A program made the position numbers and the translations under genes. Below the pieces are notes generated by a model. It was not told the DNA's origin and did not search any database. It saw only the letters and a list, made by a program, of their open reading frames with translations. A DNA stretch of 24,880 nucleotides from a virus. Taxonomy: Duplodnaviria; Caudoviricetes. The number at the start of each line of letters is the position of its first letter. Position 1 is the first letter of the stretch. The stretch lies in the IMG/VR virus record IMGVR_UViG_3300020044_000107, positions 1 through 24,880 of that record. One strand, written 5' to 3'. This document shows, piece by piece, positions 1-8,848 of this stretch.

Positions 1-2
1 CA

Positions 3-731
3 GCCGCACTAAATGAATTTCTTTGTAAAACTCTTAATGTATATGTATCTGCTAACACCGCATGGATTGATCGCGACTATTGGGATAAGTCTATAGGCGA
101 AGATAAAGGCGATCCTGAAGAAGTGTTTATTGGATTTGACTTGGCGGCAACTCGCGACTTAAATGCAGTTTGCACTTTAAAACGATATGCTTCCGAAGAT
201 TATTATGCTGAATTCAAATTCTTTTTGCCTGAAGAAGCGTTATCCTTGATTCCAACTCATTATCGTGGTATATTTGACCAAGCCGTTCAATCTAAAATAT
301 TGCATATTACAGAAGGCAATGTTATGGATGATCGCGAAATTTCTGAATATATAAAACAACAAGCTACTTTATACAATGTTAAAGAAGTAGGTTATGACGC
401 TTACAATGCGGCTTCTTTAGTTGCTCGACTACACGATAATAGCATCCCTGTTAAAAAAGTTGGACAAGGCATGGCGGTTTTAAATAACCCATCCAAGCAT
501 GTTGAAAAACTCATCATGCAAAATGCTATTAAACACAATGGCAATCCATTTGTGGGTTGGCAATTAGGTAACTGTGAAGTTTACACCGATGTCAATGGCA
601 ATATTAAGATTCGGAAGAATGAAGCAGATAAGTCAGCAAAGGTAGATGGTATAATAGCACTCATTATTGCGATGCATTGCTCATTAGATCATCCATTAGT
701 TTCTACATCATTTGGATTTAGAAGCATATAA
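3..731 (+). CDS. terL: Terminase large subunit, C-terminal nuclease domain (5'-truncated by window edge)
   Basis: Frame is open from position 3 (AALNEFLCKTLNVYV...), so the ORF-track start at 123 is internal. RNase H-like nuclease motifs IGFDLA...DL, VGYDAYNA and KVDGIIALIIA are typical of HK97/Terminase_1-type TerL. Directly precedes the portal. Confidence 0.93.
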   Translation, partial: AALNEFLCKTLNVYVSANTAWIDRDYWDKSIGEDKGDPEEVFIGFDLAATRDLNAVCTLKRYASEDYYAEFKFFLPEEALSLIPTHYRGIFDQAVQSKILHITEGNVMDDREISEYIKQQATLYNVKEVGYDAYNAASLVARLHDNSIPVKKVGQGMAVLNNPSKHVEKLIMQNAIKHNGNPFVGWQLGNCEVYTDVNGNIKIRKNEADKSAKVDGIIALIIAMHCSLDHPLVSTSFGFRSI

Positions 732-740
732 AGGAAAAAC

Positions 741-2150
741 ATGGCTATACTAGATATATTCAAAAGAAAACCAAATCAAAACGCGCAAGAAAGTAACACT
801 CTTTTTGGTCAAACTGCTCTTGGTAACAACATCTTACGCAATGTTCAAGGTCAAGGTTATCAGTCAAACAATCAATTATTATATGTAACAACAAGCTCTA
901 CAAATACCGCAGGCAGGACATTAGATATGTCCACACTATCCCGTAACTCTACTGTTATGGCTTGTGTGAATGCTAAAGCAAGAGCATTAGCTCAATTACC
1001 TATTAAGATCATGGCTTATGATGCTAATGGCAAAATGGTTGATGCAATAACTGATCCTAATGTTTCAACTCGCGACAAAGCTAAAGCTAAAGCAGTATAT
1101 AACTTATTAAACAATCCTAATAACTATCAATCATCATACGAGTTTTGGTATCAATGGTCGATGTGGTATGACTTATCAGGTGAAACATTTACTGCTTTAT
1201 GGCGTAAAGAACAAAGTAACTCTACGCTAACTCCAATGGAAATGTATTTATTAGATTCAACTCTAATTACTGCACAAATTACACCTACTCGTTATCCAAC
1301 ATACAGATTAAGCACCTCTACTTACGGCTTTAATAAAGATGAGCCATTAGATTATTTCCAAGTTATTCATGCTTCAGAAATGGCTTGGCAAGGTAGCGCT
1401 GGTTTTAATAAAGGTATCCTAGCAACTGAATTAGTATCACTAGATCAAGATATTGATCTCTATGCAAACTTTATTATGCTTAATGGCGCTAAACCTAGTG
1501 GCATGTTTGTTACAGATCAAGTAATTCCTGATGCTAAATTTAAAGAAATTGCCGCAAGACTAAAAGAAGCTTGGACATCTTTAACAGGATCGCGATCAAC
1601 TGATTTATCTAAACCAGGTCAAGGTATGTTGTTAGATAATGGCATGAAATATATGCCACTTAATATGCTAACCCTTCAAGATGCTGATGCAAGAGCATTA
1701 AAACAACAAACAATGAAGCGTATCTGCGGATTGTTTGGTGTGCCACCTGCAATGATTGGAATTGAAGAAGGTAAGTATAATAATACTCAAACAATGCTTG
1801 ACGAATTCTATAAATCAACAATGTTGCCTATTATTACTAATATACAACAGAAGTTTAAAACATCTCTGCTTGCTGGTTATCCAAATCTTTGTATTGAATT
1901 TCAAACACAAGATTTCTTAAAAGGCGCACCATTAGATCAAATGAATTATTCTGTAGCGGCGGTTTCTAATGGTATAATGACACCTAATGAAGCGCGAGAA
2001 TATCTAGGCAGACAAAATTTGCCAGGCGCAGACGAATTAAAAGATACATCAAAACAAGCTCGACCTATTAGTGGCACTTCACCTCAAGATACAGGTGGCG
2101 GTGGCAATACTTCTAGCGTTGGCAAAACAGGTCAGGCAGGTAAAGCCTAA
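741..2150 (+). CDS. Portal protein, HK97 family
   Basis: Motifs STVMACVNAKARALAQLP, LLNNPNNYQSSYEFW, NGAKPSG, LLDNGMKY, ICGLFGVPPAMIG, GIMTPNEAREYLG. SD AAGGA upstream. Follows terL. Confidence 0.95.
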   Translation: MAILDIFKRKPNQNAQESNTLFGQTALGNNILRNVQGQGYQSNNQLLYVTTSSTNTAGRTLDMSTLSRNSTVMACVNAKARALAQLPIKIMAYDANGKMVDAITDPNVSTRDKAKAKAVYNLLNNPNNYQSSYEFWYQWSMWYDLSGETFTALWRKEQSNSTLTPMEMYLLDSTLITAQITPTRYPTYRLSTSTYGFNKDEPLDYFQVIHASEMAWQGSAGFNKGILATELVSLDQDIDLYANFIMLNGAKPSGMFVTDQVIPDAKFKEIAARLKEAWTSLTGSRSTDLSKPGQGMLLDNGMKYMPLNMLTLQDADARALKQQTMKRICGLFGVPPAMIGIEEGKYNNTQTMLDEFYKSTMLPIITNIQQKFKTSLLAGYPNLCIEFQTQDFLKGAPLDQMNYSVAAVSNGIMTPNEAREYLGRQNLPGADELKDTSKQARPISGTSPQDTGGGGNTSSVGKTGQAGKA

Positions 2151-2260
2151 TGACATTAAAAGAGTTGCTCAATAAATTAACCCAACAGGCTAAAAAGAGA
2201 AAACCTACACCTGTTGAAACCAACGGAATGAAAAAAAAGGGAGTTCCAATCCATGACTAA
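2150..2260 (+). CDS. Small basic 36-aa ORF (MTLKELLNKLTQQAKKRKPTPVETNGMKKKGVPIHD), not in ORF track
   Basis: ATG overlaps the portal stop (TAATG) and its end overlaps the protease start (ATGACTAA), exactly filling the gap. This is the usual translational-coupling pattern. Confidence 0.5.
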   Translation: MTLKELLNKLTQQAKKRKPTPVETNGMKKKGVPIHD

Positions 2261-3044
2261 AGATATTAAGTTTTTATTTGAATCAAAAGTAGCTCTAGGT
2301 GTTTCTGCCGATGAAGCTTCTGATGTTGTAGGAGCTATTGAAGCTACTGTAACAACTTGGGGTGCTAGAGAAGGCGCTGATGGTCGTAAATTCAATTATA
2401 TGCCTGAAGGTTTTGCACAATGGGCGGATGAGTTTGCTAAATCAGGTAAACCACTTCCAATGTATTTCCAACATAATGATATGTCAATGCCTGTAGGCGA
2501 ATGGCAAGAATTTTCATTTACTGATGAAGGAATGGATGCTAAAGGCAGACTATTTACAAATACAACTGCTGGTAAAGACCTTTATACAATTATGAAAGAA
2601 AGTCCAGCTATGGTTGGCGGTGTATCTGTTGGTGCTTATGCTGATGAATACTCAATGGTTGATGCTGAAGGCATGGAAGTAGGCGCTGATGAAGATGGAT
2701 ATTTCCAAATTAAAAAAGGCGGTTTAAGAGAAGTATCAATTGTTATGAATCCTAACAACCTAGAATGTAATATCTCGAAATTAGAGTGCTTTAGAGCTGA
2801 TGGTTCTTTAGACTTAAAACTAATCGAGAAGGCATTGCGTGATGCAAAACTTTCAAGAAAAGATGCGACCACCGCATCTTCAATTTTCAAAAAGATTATA
2901 GAAACTCGTGATGAGCCTACAATCATTGATGAAAAAGCACCTATTCAGAGTGATGCTGATGCGGTGGTTGATGAGCAAAAAATTCTTGATGCTTTTGCTG
3001 AAAGAGAATTGCTTAAAATTTTAAATAATCGTCTTAAAGGATAA
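2253..3044 (+). CDS. Prohead maturation protease, HK97 family, with C-terminal extension
   Basis: Catalytic-type motifs PMYFQH (His), PVGEW, GGVSVG (Ser), LREVSIVMNPNN. Tail IEKALRDAKLSRKDA is typical. Lies between portal and capsid. Confidence 0.92.
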   Translation: MTKDIKFLFESKVALGVSADEASDVVGAIEATVTTWGAREGADGRKFNYMPEGFAQWADEFAKSGKPLPMYFQHNDMSMPVGEWQEFSFTDEGMDAKGRLFTNTTAGKDLYTIMKESPAMVGGVSVGAYADEYSMVDAEGMEVGADEDGYFQIKKGGLREVSIVMNPNNLECNISKLECFRADGSLDLKLIEKALRDAKLSRKDATTASSIFKKIIETRDEPTIIDEKAPIQSDADAVVDEQKILDAFAERELLKILNNRLKG

Positions 3045-3048
3045 TCAA

Positions 3049-4461
3049 ATGTCAGAAAAAATAATGGAAAAACTAGACGCTATTGAAGCGGCTAATTTAG
3101 CTAAAGTTGAAGAAGTAACTTCTTCAGTTGATGCTAAACTTGCTGAAACAGTAGCTTCTTTTGAAGAAAAGGTTGCGGCTCTTGAAGCTAAAGTAGCTTC
3201 AGTTAAAGAATCTGCTCCAATCATCAAAACTTACAAAACTATCGCTCAAGAAGTTAATCGTTCTGTTAAAGAACAATTAAAAGGCTTTTACGATAGCGGT
3301 GCTAAAGTAGAAAAAGAATTAAAAATGTTTGAAGATGCTGGTCAATATGATGCTTACATGAAAGAAGCTTCAGCAATTGGTAATCCAGCAGGTATCGGTG
3401 GCGGTGCAGGCGTGGGCGGTAGAACTGCTTATGATCCTGTATTCTTTGCATTAAGACTTGCTAATCCACTTCGTGGCGTATCTCGTTCTGTTGCAACTGA
3501 TGGCGCTACTTATCAATTCCGCGCTAAAACAGGCAACACAGGTAGCTGGTGGGGTTATGGTATTAATAACAACACATCTAGCCCACATCCAAACCCAAAT
3601 AGCTTGGATACAAACATTTGGCAATTAACATTGCAAGATTTGAATGTTCAATTCCCAATCAGAACTGCGGCTCTTGATGATATCGATGGTTTAGAATCAA
3701 ATGTTGTAGCAGACATGTTGTTAGAATTCTCACAACAAGAAGCTCTCTCAATGATTCAAAATAATGACCAAGTTGCGGTTTCAGTTGTTGATAACACAAC
3801 ACCTTATGGTGGTTCTGACGGCTTACGCGGTCTTAATCAATATGCTGGTGCGGCGGCTACTTATGCTGGCGGTCAAACAACAACTGCGGCATTCGGAACT
3901 TCAGGAACAGGCTCATCAAGCGGCTTACATACAATCGCTACTTATGACCAATTAATTCCTAATGGTTCTTCAACTGCTGGTGCTGGAAATGGTGTAGGTT
4001 TATTCAACAATGTTTCTTATAAAGACATCGTTAATTTCATCTATGCTTTACCACAACAATATTGGACACCAACAACTAAATTTGTTATCAATCCACTAAT
4101 GCTCGCGTCAATTCGCGGTTTAGTTGATGACAATGGTCGCCCAATTTACATCGATGGTCTTTCACGCGATGATGGTATTGTTGGCACTTTACTTGGTTTT
4201 GATGTTGTAGTTAATAAGTATGTTTCTAACCCACTTATCCCTACTACACCAAGCCCATCAGTAGATACAAACGCTTTCCCAATGTATTTTGGTGATTGGA
4301 ATCGCGGTCATACAATCGTTGATCGTTTAAATATGGTTATGCGTAGATACGACCAAACATTGCCAGGCTATATCACATTCTATGGTGAGAAGCGTCTAGC
4401 AACATCTGTGGTCGATCCATTCAGCATCATCCGTTACAGATCAGCACAATATTTAGATTAA
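3049..4461 (+). CDS. Major capsid protein, HK97 fold, with ~105-aa coiled-coil scaffold (delta) domain
   Basis: Heptad-rich N-terminus, then ALRLANPLRGVS, AALDDIDGLESNV, FVINPLMLASIRGLVDDNGRPIY, TLLGFDVVVN, YFGDWNRGHTIVDR, FYGEKR. Strong SD and biased codon use. Confidence 0.93.
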   Translation: MSEKIMEKLDAIEAANLAKVEEVTSSVDAKLAETVASFEEKVAALEAKVASVKESAPIIKTYKTIAQEVNRSVKEQLKGFYDSGAKVEKELKMFEDAGQYDAYMKEASAIGNPAGIGGGAGVGGRTAYDPVFFALRLANPLRGVSRSVATDGATYQFRAKTGNTGSWWGYGINNNTSSPHPNPNSLDTNIWQLTLQDLNVQFPIRTAALDDIDGLESNVVADMLLEFSQQEALSMIQNNDQVAVSVVDNTTPYGGSDGLRGLNQYAGAAATYAGGQTTTAAFGTSGTGSSSGLHTIATYDQLIPNGSSTAGAGNGVGLFNNVSYKDIVNFIYALPQQYWTPTTKFVINPLMLASIRGLVDDNGRPIYIDGLSRDDGIVGTLLGFDVVVNKYVSNPLIPTTPSPSVDTNAFPMYFGDWNRGHTIVDRLNMVMRRYDQTLPGYITFYGEKRLATSVVDPFSIIRYRSAQYLD

Positions 4462-4478
4462 TTCTAAATTTGTTGTTC

Positions 4479-4514
4479 AGGGTGGGGGAGCAATCCCCCT
4501 CTCTCTAATTTTTT
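4479..4514 (+). terminator. Rho-independent terminator/attenuator-like hairpin between the two capsid genes
   Basis: GGGGGA-GCAA-TCCCCC stem (4484-4499) with a GNRA tetraloop, extendable through AGGG/CTCT, followed by CTAATTTTTT. The U-run is offset from the stem, so it is probably leaky. Confidence 0.7.
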
Positions 4515-4525
4515 AGGAAAGAAAA

Positions 4526-5596
4526 ATGAATACATCTGAAAGAATTTTAAATGGCATAAAGCAAGCTTTAACTGAAGGTGAATCTAAAGTTAATCTTGTT
4601 AAAGAACAAGCCCAACAAGATGTAAATGAAGCTTCTCAACTTACAGGAAGCGGATTAGACAAAGGTGGTAGAACATACTTTGATGATGCGTTTGCGGCTT
4701 TGCGATATGCAAATCCTTTTAGACAAGGCAGTCGTCAAATTGTTACTACTGATACTTCCGCCGTTCAATTCGTTGCTAAAACAGGTAATGTTTTAAATGC
4801 AACAGGCGCAAACAACCCTTGGGGCTATACATTTACACCTAATGATGGTGAACCAGGCATTGCTACAAATATTTGGCAATTACCTACAAGAGTTTTATCA
4901 GCACAATTACCTTTGAGAAGTGCTTTACTATCAGATATTAATAATATTGATGCGGCAATCGTTAATGACCTTATTTTGGAATTTTCAGCTACAGAAGCAC
5001 AATCTATGGCGACTAACTACGATCAAGCTGGTTCTACAACATATACAACAGGCGCAACTAATGGTTTAAGAGGTTTGGCTTACTATGGCGTAAGCGCTTC
5101 TGCGGCGGCTTATGGCACAAGCGGAACTGCTATAACTAATGGTATCCACACAGTATTAAAAGAAGATTTCCCTTATGCGGCTATCACTTATGATGACATG
5201 GTTAATGCGGCAAGCAAATTGCCAGGTCAATATTGGAGTTTACCTACAACTGCATGGCACTTACATCCTGATGTAATTACTCAATTAAGAAAATTAAAAT
5301 CAGCAGGTGGTGGTGTTCCATTCTTTACTGAAGTTGGTGATGAAGATGGCGGTTCGTTAGCATTTGTATTTGGTTTCCCTGTGATTCCTAATGCATATTT
5401 ACAAGCTCCAGGCGTAGGTTCTGTTTCAGGTATATTAGCAAATTGGGATCAATTCCTAACTATTGCTGATGGCGAAGAAATTACACTTAAACGCTATGAC
5501 CAAACAAAACCTGGATATGTAACGCTATATGCTGAAAAGCGCGTAGCTTCATCAATCCGTAATCCTTTTGCTGGCGTGTATTTAACAGGGGCTTAA
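4526..5596 (+). CDS. Second HK97-fold capsid protein (paralog of 3049..4461), probably a minor capsid protein
   Basis: Collinear with the first capsid: GGRTYFDDAFAALRYANPFR vs GGRTAYDPVFFALRLANPLR; AKTGN; TNIWQL; LEFSATEAQSM vs LEFSQQEALSM; GLRGL; LPGQYW vs LPQQYW; RYDQTKPGYVTLYAEKR vs RYDQTLPGYITFYGEKR. Confidence 0.88.
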   Translation: MNTSERILNGIKQALTEGESKVNLVKEQAQQDVNEASQLTGSGLDKGGRTYFDDAFAALRYANPFRQGSRQIVTTDTSAVQFVAKTGNVLNATGANNPWGYTFTPNDGEPGIATNIWQLPTRVLSAQLPLRSALLSDINNIDAAIVNDLILEFSATEAQSMATNYDQAGSTTYTTGATNGLRGLAYYGVSASAAAYGTSGTAITNGIHTVLKEDFPYAAITYDDMVNAASKLPGQYWSLPTTAWHLHPDVITQLRKLKSAGGGVPFFTEVGDEDGGSLAFVFGFPVIPNAYLQAPGVGSVSGILANWDQFLTIADGEEITLKRYDQTKPGYVTLYAEKRVASSIRNPFAGVYLTGA

Positions 5597-5598
5597 TA

Positions 5599-6267
5599 AT
5601 GACTGATACTTTAGGTCAAATACCATTTGGTGGTGGCACTAGAAATCCGTTTAACTATGATAAGTTTGAACAGATCAATCGTGCTTTAACAACAGGTTGG
5701 CTAACATTAGAAGAAATTACTCAACAATTAAATTTGTTTGGTGACGAATCTCAAGATAGTTATTTAGAAGGTTTAGAATTAGCGGTTCGTATGCACATCG
5801 AGGATTATCTCGGCATGCCTATATTCCCTGTTTCTTATCGTTCTTATTATGGTCTTGGTTCTTTATATGCTAATCCTGTTTGTTTAGATTTGCCGCAAGT
5901 ATCTTATAAAGATAGTTATAATTCGGGTGGCGTTGTTGTTAATAGCGTTAAATACTATAACAATGCCAATCCTGTAGTTATTACGACTTTAGCTAGCTCT
6001 GCTTATACTTATGATCCAACAGGAAATAAAGTAATCTTACCTGGCGGGATGCCAAGCGATGTTAATACAGTTTTAACTTCACCTATTGTTATTGAGTTTA
6101 CAGTTAATCCTAACTTCTTACAGGCTTATCCTGTAATTAAACAAGCGGCTTTATTGTTATTAACTCATCTTTATAATAATAGATCAGAAACAACTTTAAG
6201 TAAGTTACAAACAATTCCTTATGGAGTGGATGCGCTTTTAAGACCTTATAAACCATTGGTGATGTAA
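5599..6267 (+). CDS. Head-tail connector (HK97 gp6 / SPP1 gp15-like adaptor with central insertion)
   Basis: LTLEEITQQLNL...D..YLEGLELAVRMHIEDYLG and C-terminal IKQAALLLLTHLYNNRSET...IPYGVDALLRPYK are gp6-family signatures. Confidence 0.88.
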   Translation: MTDTLGQIPFGGGTRNPFNYDKFEQINRALTTGWLTLEEITQQLNLFGDESQDSYLEGLELAVRMHIEDYLGMPIFPVSYRSYYGLGSLYANPVCLDLPQVSYKDSYNSGGVVVNSVKYYNNANPVVITTLASSAYTYDPTGNKVILPGGMPSDVNTVLTSPIVIEFTVNPNFLQAYPVIKQAALLLLTHLYNNRSETTLSKLQTIPYGVDALLRPYKPLVM

Positions 6268-6612
6268 ATGGCAATTAAACGCTATGAGAATGTTGATGTA
6301 AATGATCTCACTTTCGGAACTGATCTTTATGGTGAATATACAACAACAATAACAAAGAAATTTACAACTAGACCTTTAGTGTCCGATGTAAAGAATTCTC
6401 TTGCTATTACGGAAAGGTATCGTGTATATCAAGATTTGATTCAATTTACTTTTAATTACACACCTAATTTAAAAGATATTGTTGATAATCAAAATTTATA
6501 TTCGATTACTTGGCGAAACCATGAGTGGCGTATTACCGATGCTATTGAAGCTAATGACAGGATGTCAGTAACCTTAATGTGTTACCGATCCGATCCTACA
6601 ACAAAGGTTTAA
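6268..6612 (+). CDS. Head closure / head-tail adaptor (SPP1 gp16-like)
   Basis: Size (114 aa), position, and patterns D.YGE and FTFNYTP...ITWRNHEWRITDAIE...VTLMC. Confidence 0.7.
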   Translation: MAIKRYENVDVNDLTFGTDLYGEYTTTITKKFTTRPLVSDVKNSLAITERYRVYQDLIQFTFNYTPNLKDIVDNQNLYSITWRNHEWRITDAIEANDRMSVTLMCYRSDPTTKV

Positions 6613-6613
6613 A

Positions 6614-7036
6614 ATGGCTACTCAACAAAATGTAAATGATTATGCAAAAGCCATTCAATGGCAGTTAGGTGATATAATATCACCAACGCCTGTGTATGCT
6701 AATTTCAATAGAAATTTTGCTACACAAAATGAATTTGTAACTTGGCAATTAAGAAATGTTCATCAACCTGTTTATACGGGCATATACCAAGATAACAAAG
6801 GTATTGATACACCTACTTTTCAAATCAGCGTATTTTCTACTGATATGGCAAGTGGTTTTGAATTAGCGAATGATATTTTACAAGCATTGCATGGTTATAG
6901 TGGAATATTTGGCAACCCTAGCGGAACAAATATACCAATATCTAAAGCTGATGTAGTGTGGTTATATAATGGATACGACAATGAGATCAATCTATTTAAT
7001 ATTTATATGGATTGCACCTTATACATACCAACATAA
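6614..7036 (+). CDS. Tail terminator / tail completion protein (SPP1 gp17 / DUF3168-like)
   Basis: 140 aa just before the tail tube; FQISVFS...ELANDILQALHGYSG pattern. Confidence 0.72.
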   Translation: MATQQNVNDYAKAIQWQLGDIISPTPVYANFNRNFATQNEFVTWQLRNVHQPVYTGIYQDNKGIDTPTFQISVFSTDMASGFELANDILQALHGYSGIFGNPSGTNIPISKADVVWLYNGYDNEINLFNIYMDCTLYIPT

Positions 7037-7070
7037 GAATTTTTAATTTTTTAATGTGAGGAAATAAATT

Positions 7071-7568
7071 ATGGCACTTCCAAATCGCGTCTTACCTGGT
7101 TTTAGCGCAACTCTTTTTGCTCAATCAGGCGCAAATCCAACAGTTTTAGATAACACAGAATTAGCAACATGGGCTGATGTTAATGCTATCTGTATTGCTC
7201 CTAACTCATTACCTGTTGAAGCTATCCCAGCATTCGGTCAAGATGATGCAGTTGCTAACTTCAATGTAGCTGGCGCTCGTCAATCTGACAAGATCCCAAC
7301 TCAAGCCGCTCCTACTTCAATGACAATAACTGCCGCTTGGAATCCTGCGGACACACAGTTAATTCAAATGAGAGATGATGCTTACAATGGCACAATCGAC
7401 AGAACATTCGTTGTTTTAGCTACTGATGGATTAGGTGACTTTGTTGCTTATGCTTTTAATGGTCGCGTAGGTCAATTCTCTGTTGATCCTAACCCAACTG
7501 CTGAAACAAAATGCACATTTACTGTTCACCCACGCGGTAATCAATACGGCTGGTCAAACAACACTTAA
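7071..7568 (+). CDS. Major tail (tube) protein, non-contractile
   Basis: Strong SD (GAGG), biased codon use, acidic beta-rich sequence: IPAFGQDDAVANF, MTITAAWNPAD, YAFNGRVGQFSVD...KCTFTV. Position before chaperones and tape measure. Confidence 0.82.
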   Translation: MALPNRVLPGFSATLFAQSGANPTVLDNTELATWADVNAICIAPNSLPVEAIPAFGQDDAVANFNVAGARQSDKIPTQAAPTSMTITAAWNPADTQLIQMRDDAYNGTIDRTFVVLATDGLGDFVAYAFNGRVGQFSVDPNPTAETKCTFTVHPRGNQYGWSNNT

Positions 7569-7586
7569 TTAGGACAAGGAAAAGAA

Positions 7587-7814
7587 ATGACACAACAAAT
7601 TAAAACAAGCGATGATTTATTAAGTTATTTGGTATCCCAAGCTGGTTCAGGTCAAAAGAATTGGTTTGGGTTTGCCCAACAACGCTTAACAGGAATTAAT
7701 TTAGCCCATGAGATTGCAAAACATCATGCGGATAAACTTACACCTGAAGAAGCAGTTGATTATGCTATTAAATTAAATAATGCAATTTATCATAAAATAA
7801 TTAAGGCAGATTAA
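7587..7814 (+). CDS. Hypothetical helical protein (75 aa) in the tail operon
   Basis: SD AAGGA; stop overlaps the next start (TAATG). No recognisable motif. Confidence 0.65.
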   Translation: MTQQIKTSDDLLSYLVSQAGSGQKNWFGFAQQRLTGINLAHEIAKHHADKLTPEEAVDYAIKLNNAIYHKIIKAD

Positions 7815-8368
7815 TGAGTGTTAAATTTGCGGTCAATGGGTTAAAAGAAACTCTTGAAGCTTTTAAAGAATTTCAAGAGCAATTTGGCGACAAAGACGCA
7901 AAGAGTAAAGTATTAATACCAGCAGTTAGAGATGCCATGAAGCCTGTATTGGCTATGGCTAAAACTTTATCACCTAAAGATACAGGCGCATTGGATCGTT
8001 CTTTGTATATCACCGCAAGGCGACCTACTAGAAAAGATATGAAGTCAAGATATGTAACACCAAAAGATTCTGTTATATCACTTGTTTCATCTCGACCAAT
8101 CCCTAAAAAATTAAAGCAACAATTTCATGCTGAATATGGAAACTTAAAAGGTAGTGAGTATAAAAAAGCCAAAAGAAAATTCTATGGCGAGCAAGGTGTT
8201 ATGCACGATGCAAGAGCTATTGCAAACGAATTCGGAACTGCCAAGATGTCCGCAAAACCATTTATGCGAATATCATTAGAATCACAAGCGCAAATGGTAG
8301 CATCAAAGTTAGGTATGATTTTAAAACAAAAAATGGATGCTTATAAAGCTAAAAATTTAACAACATAA
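7814..8368 (+). CDS. HK97 gp10-like tail completion/neck protein
   Basis: VNGLKET, AKTLSPKDTGALDRSL and EFGTAKMSAKPFMR are HK97-gp10 family signatures. Basic protein. Confidence 0.85.
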   Translation: MSVKFAVNGLKETLEAFKEFQEQFGDKDAKSKVLIPAVRDAMKPVLAMAKTLSPKDTGALDRSLYITARRPTRKDMKSRYVTPKDSVISLVSSRPIPKKLKQQFHAEYGNLKGSEYKKAKRKFYGEQGVMHDARAIANEFGTAKMSAKPFMRISLESQAQMVASKLGMILKQKMDAYKAKNLTT

Positions 8369-8377
8369 GGAAAAGAT

Positions 8378-8848
8378 ATGAGTAAATTAGGATCAGCTCT
8401 CGGTAAAAAATACGAGGAAAATAGATTATCAGTATTAACTAGGTCGTTTCAATTAGGCGACCATACATTTAAGGTAAGAATTCCAAGCGTTCAAGAAATT
8501 GAAGCTATTTATAATTACTTTAAAAATCCTAATGAAGAAAAGATTGAAGAAGAATATCAGTTAATGATAAAAGCTTTTGAGAATCTTAAAGATCAAGAAG
8601 GTGTAGAAGTTAAAGATAACGATTTTATTATTGACGGAAGATCAGTAAGAGAAACTGCTACAAATAAACATGTATTGCAATATAGAATAGTTGAGTATAT
8701 TAAATTTTTAATACCTGAAACAGGATCATTAGAAGATATAACTTATGAAGATGTAGAAACTGAATTTCCATTATCAGTTCAAATGACTTTAGTGGAAAAA
8801 ATTAACGAGGTTATTAGCCCTGACTATAAAGACATAAAGTCAAAGTAG
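8378..8848 (+). CDS. Tail assembly chaperone (lambda gpG-like)
   Basis: Acidic 156-aa protein with FKVRIPSVQEIEAI, two genes before the tape measure. Overlapped by a -1 frame at its 3' end. Confidence 0.65.
   Translation: MSKLGSALGKKYEENRLSVLTRSFQLGDHTFKVRIPSVQEIEAIYNYFKNPNEEKIEEEYQLMIKAFENLKDQEGVEVKDNDFIIDGRSVRETATNKHVLQYRIVEYIKFLIPETGSLEDITYEDVETEFPLSVQMTLVEKINEVISPDYKDIKSK

Noticed and set aside
4506-7053. Identical TAATTTTTTA 10-mer before the second capsid gene and the tail tube gene
   Set aside because: Low complexity in an AT-rich genome; at most a U-rich translation enhancer.
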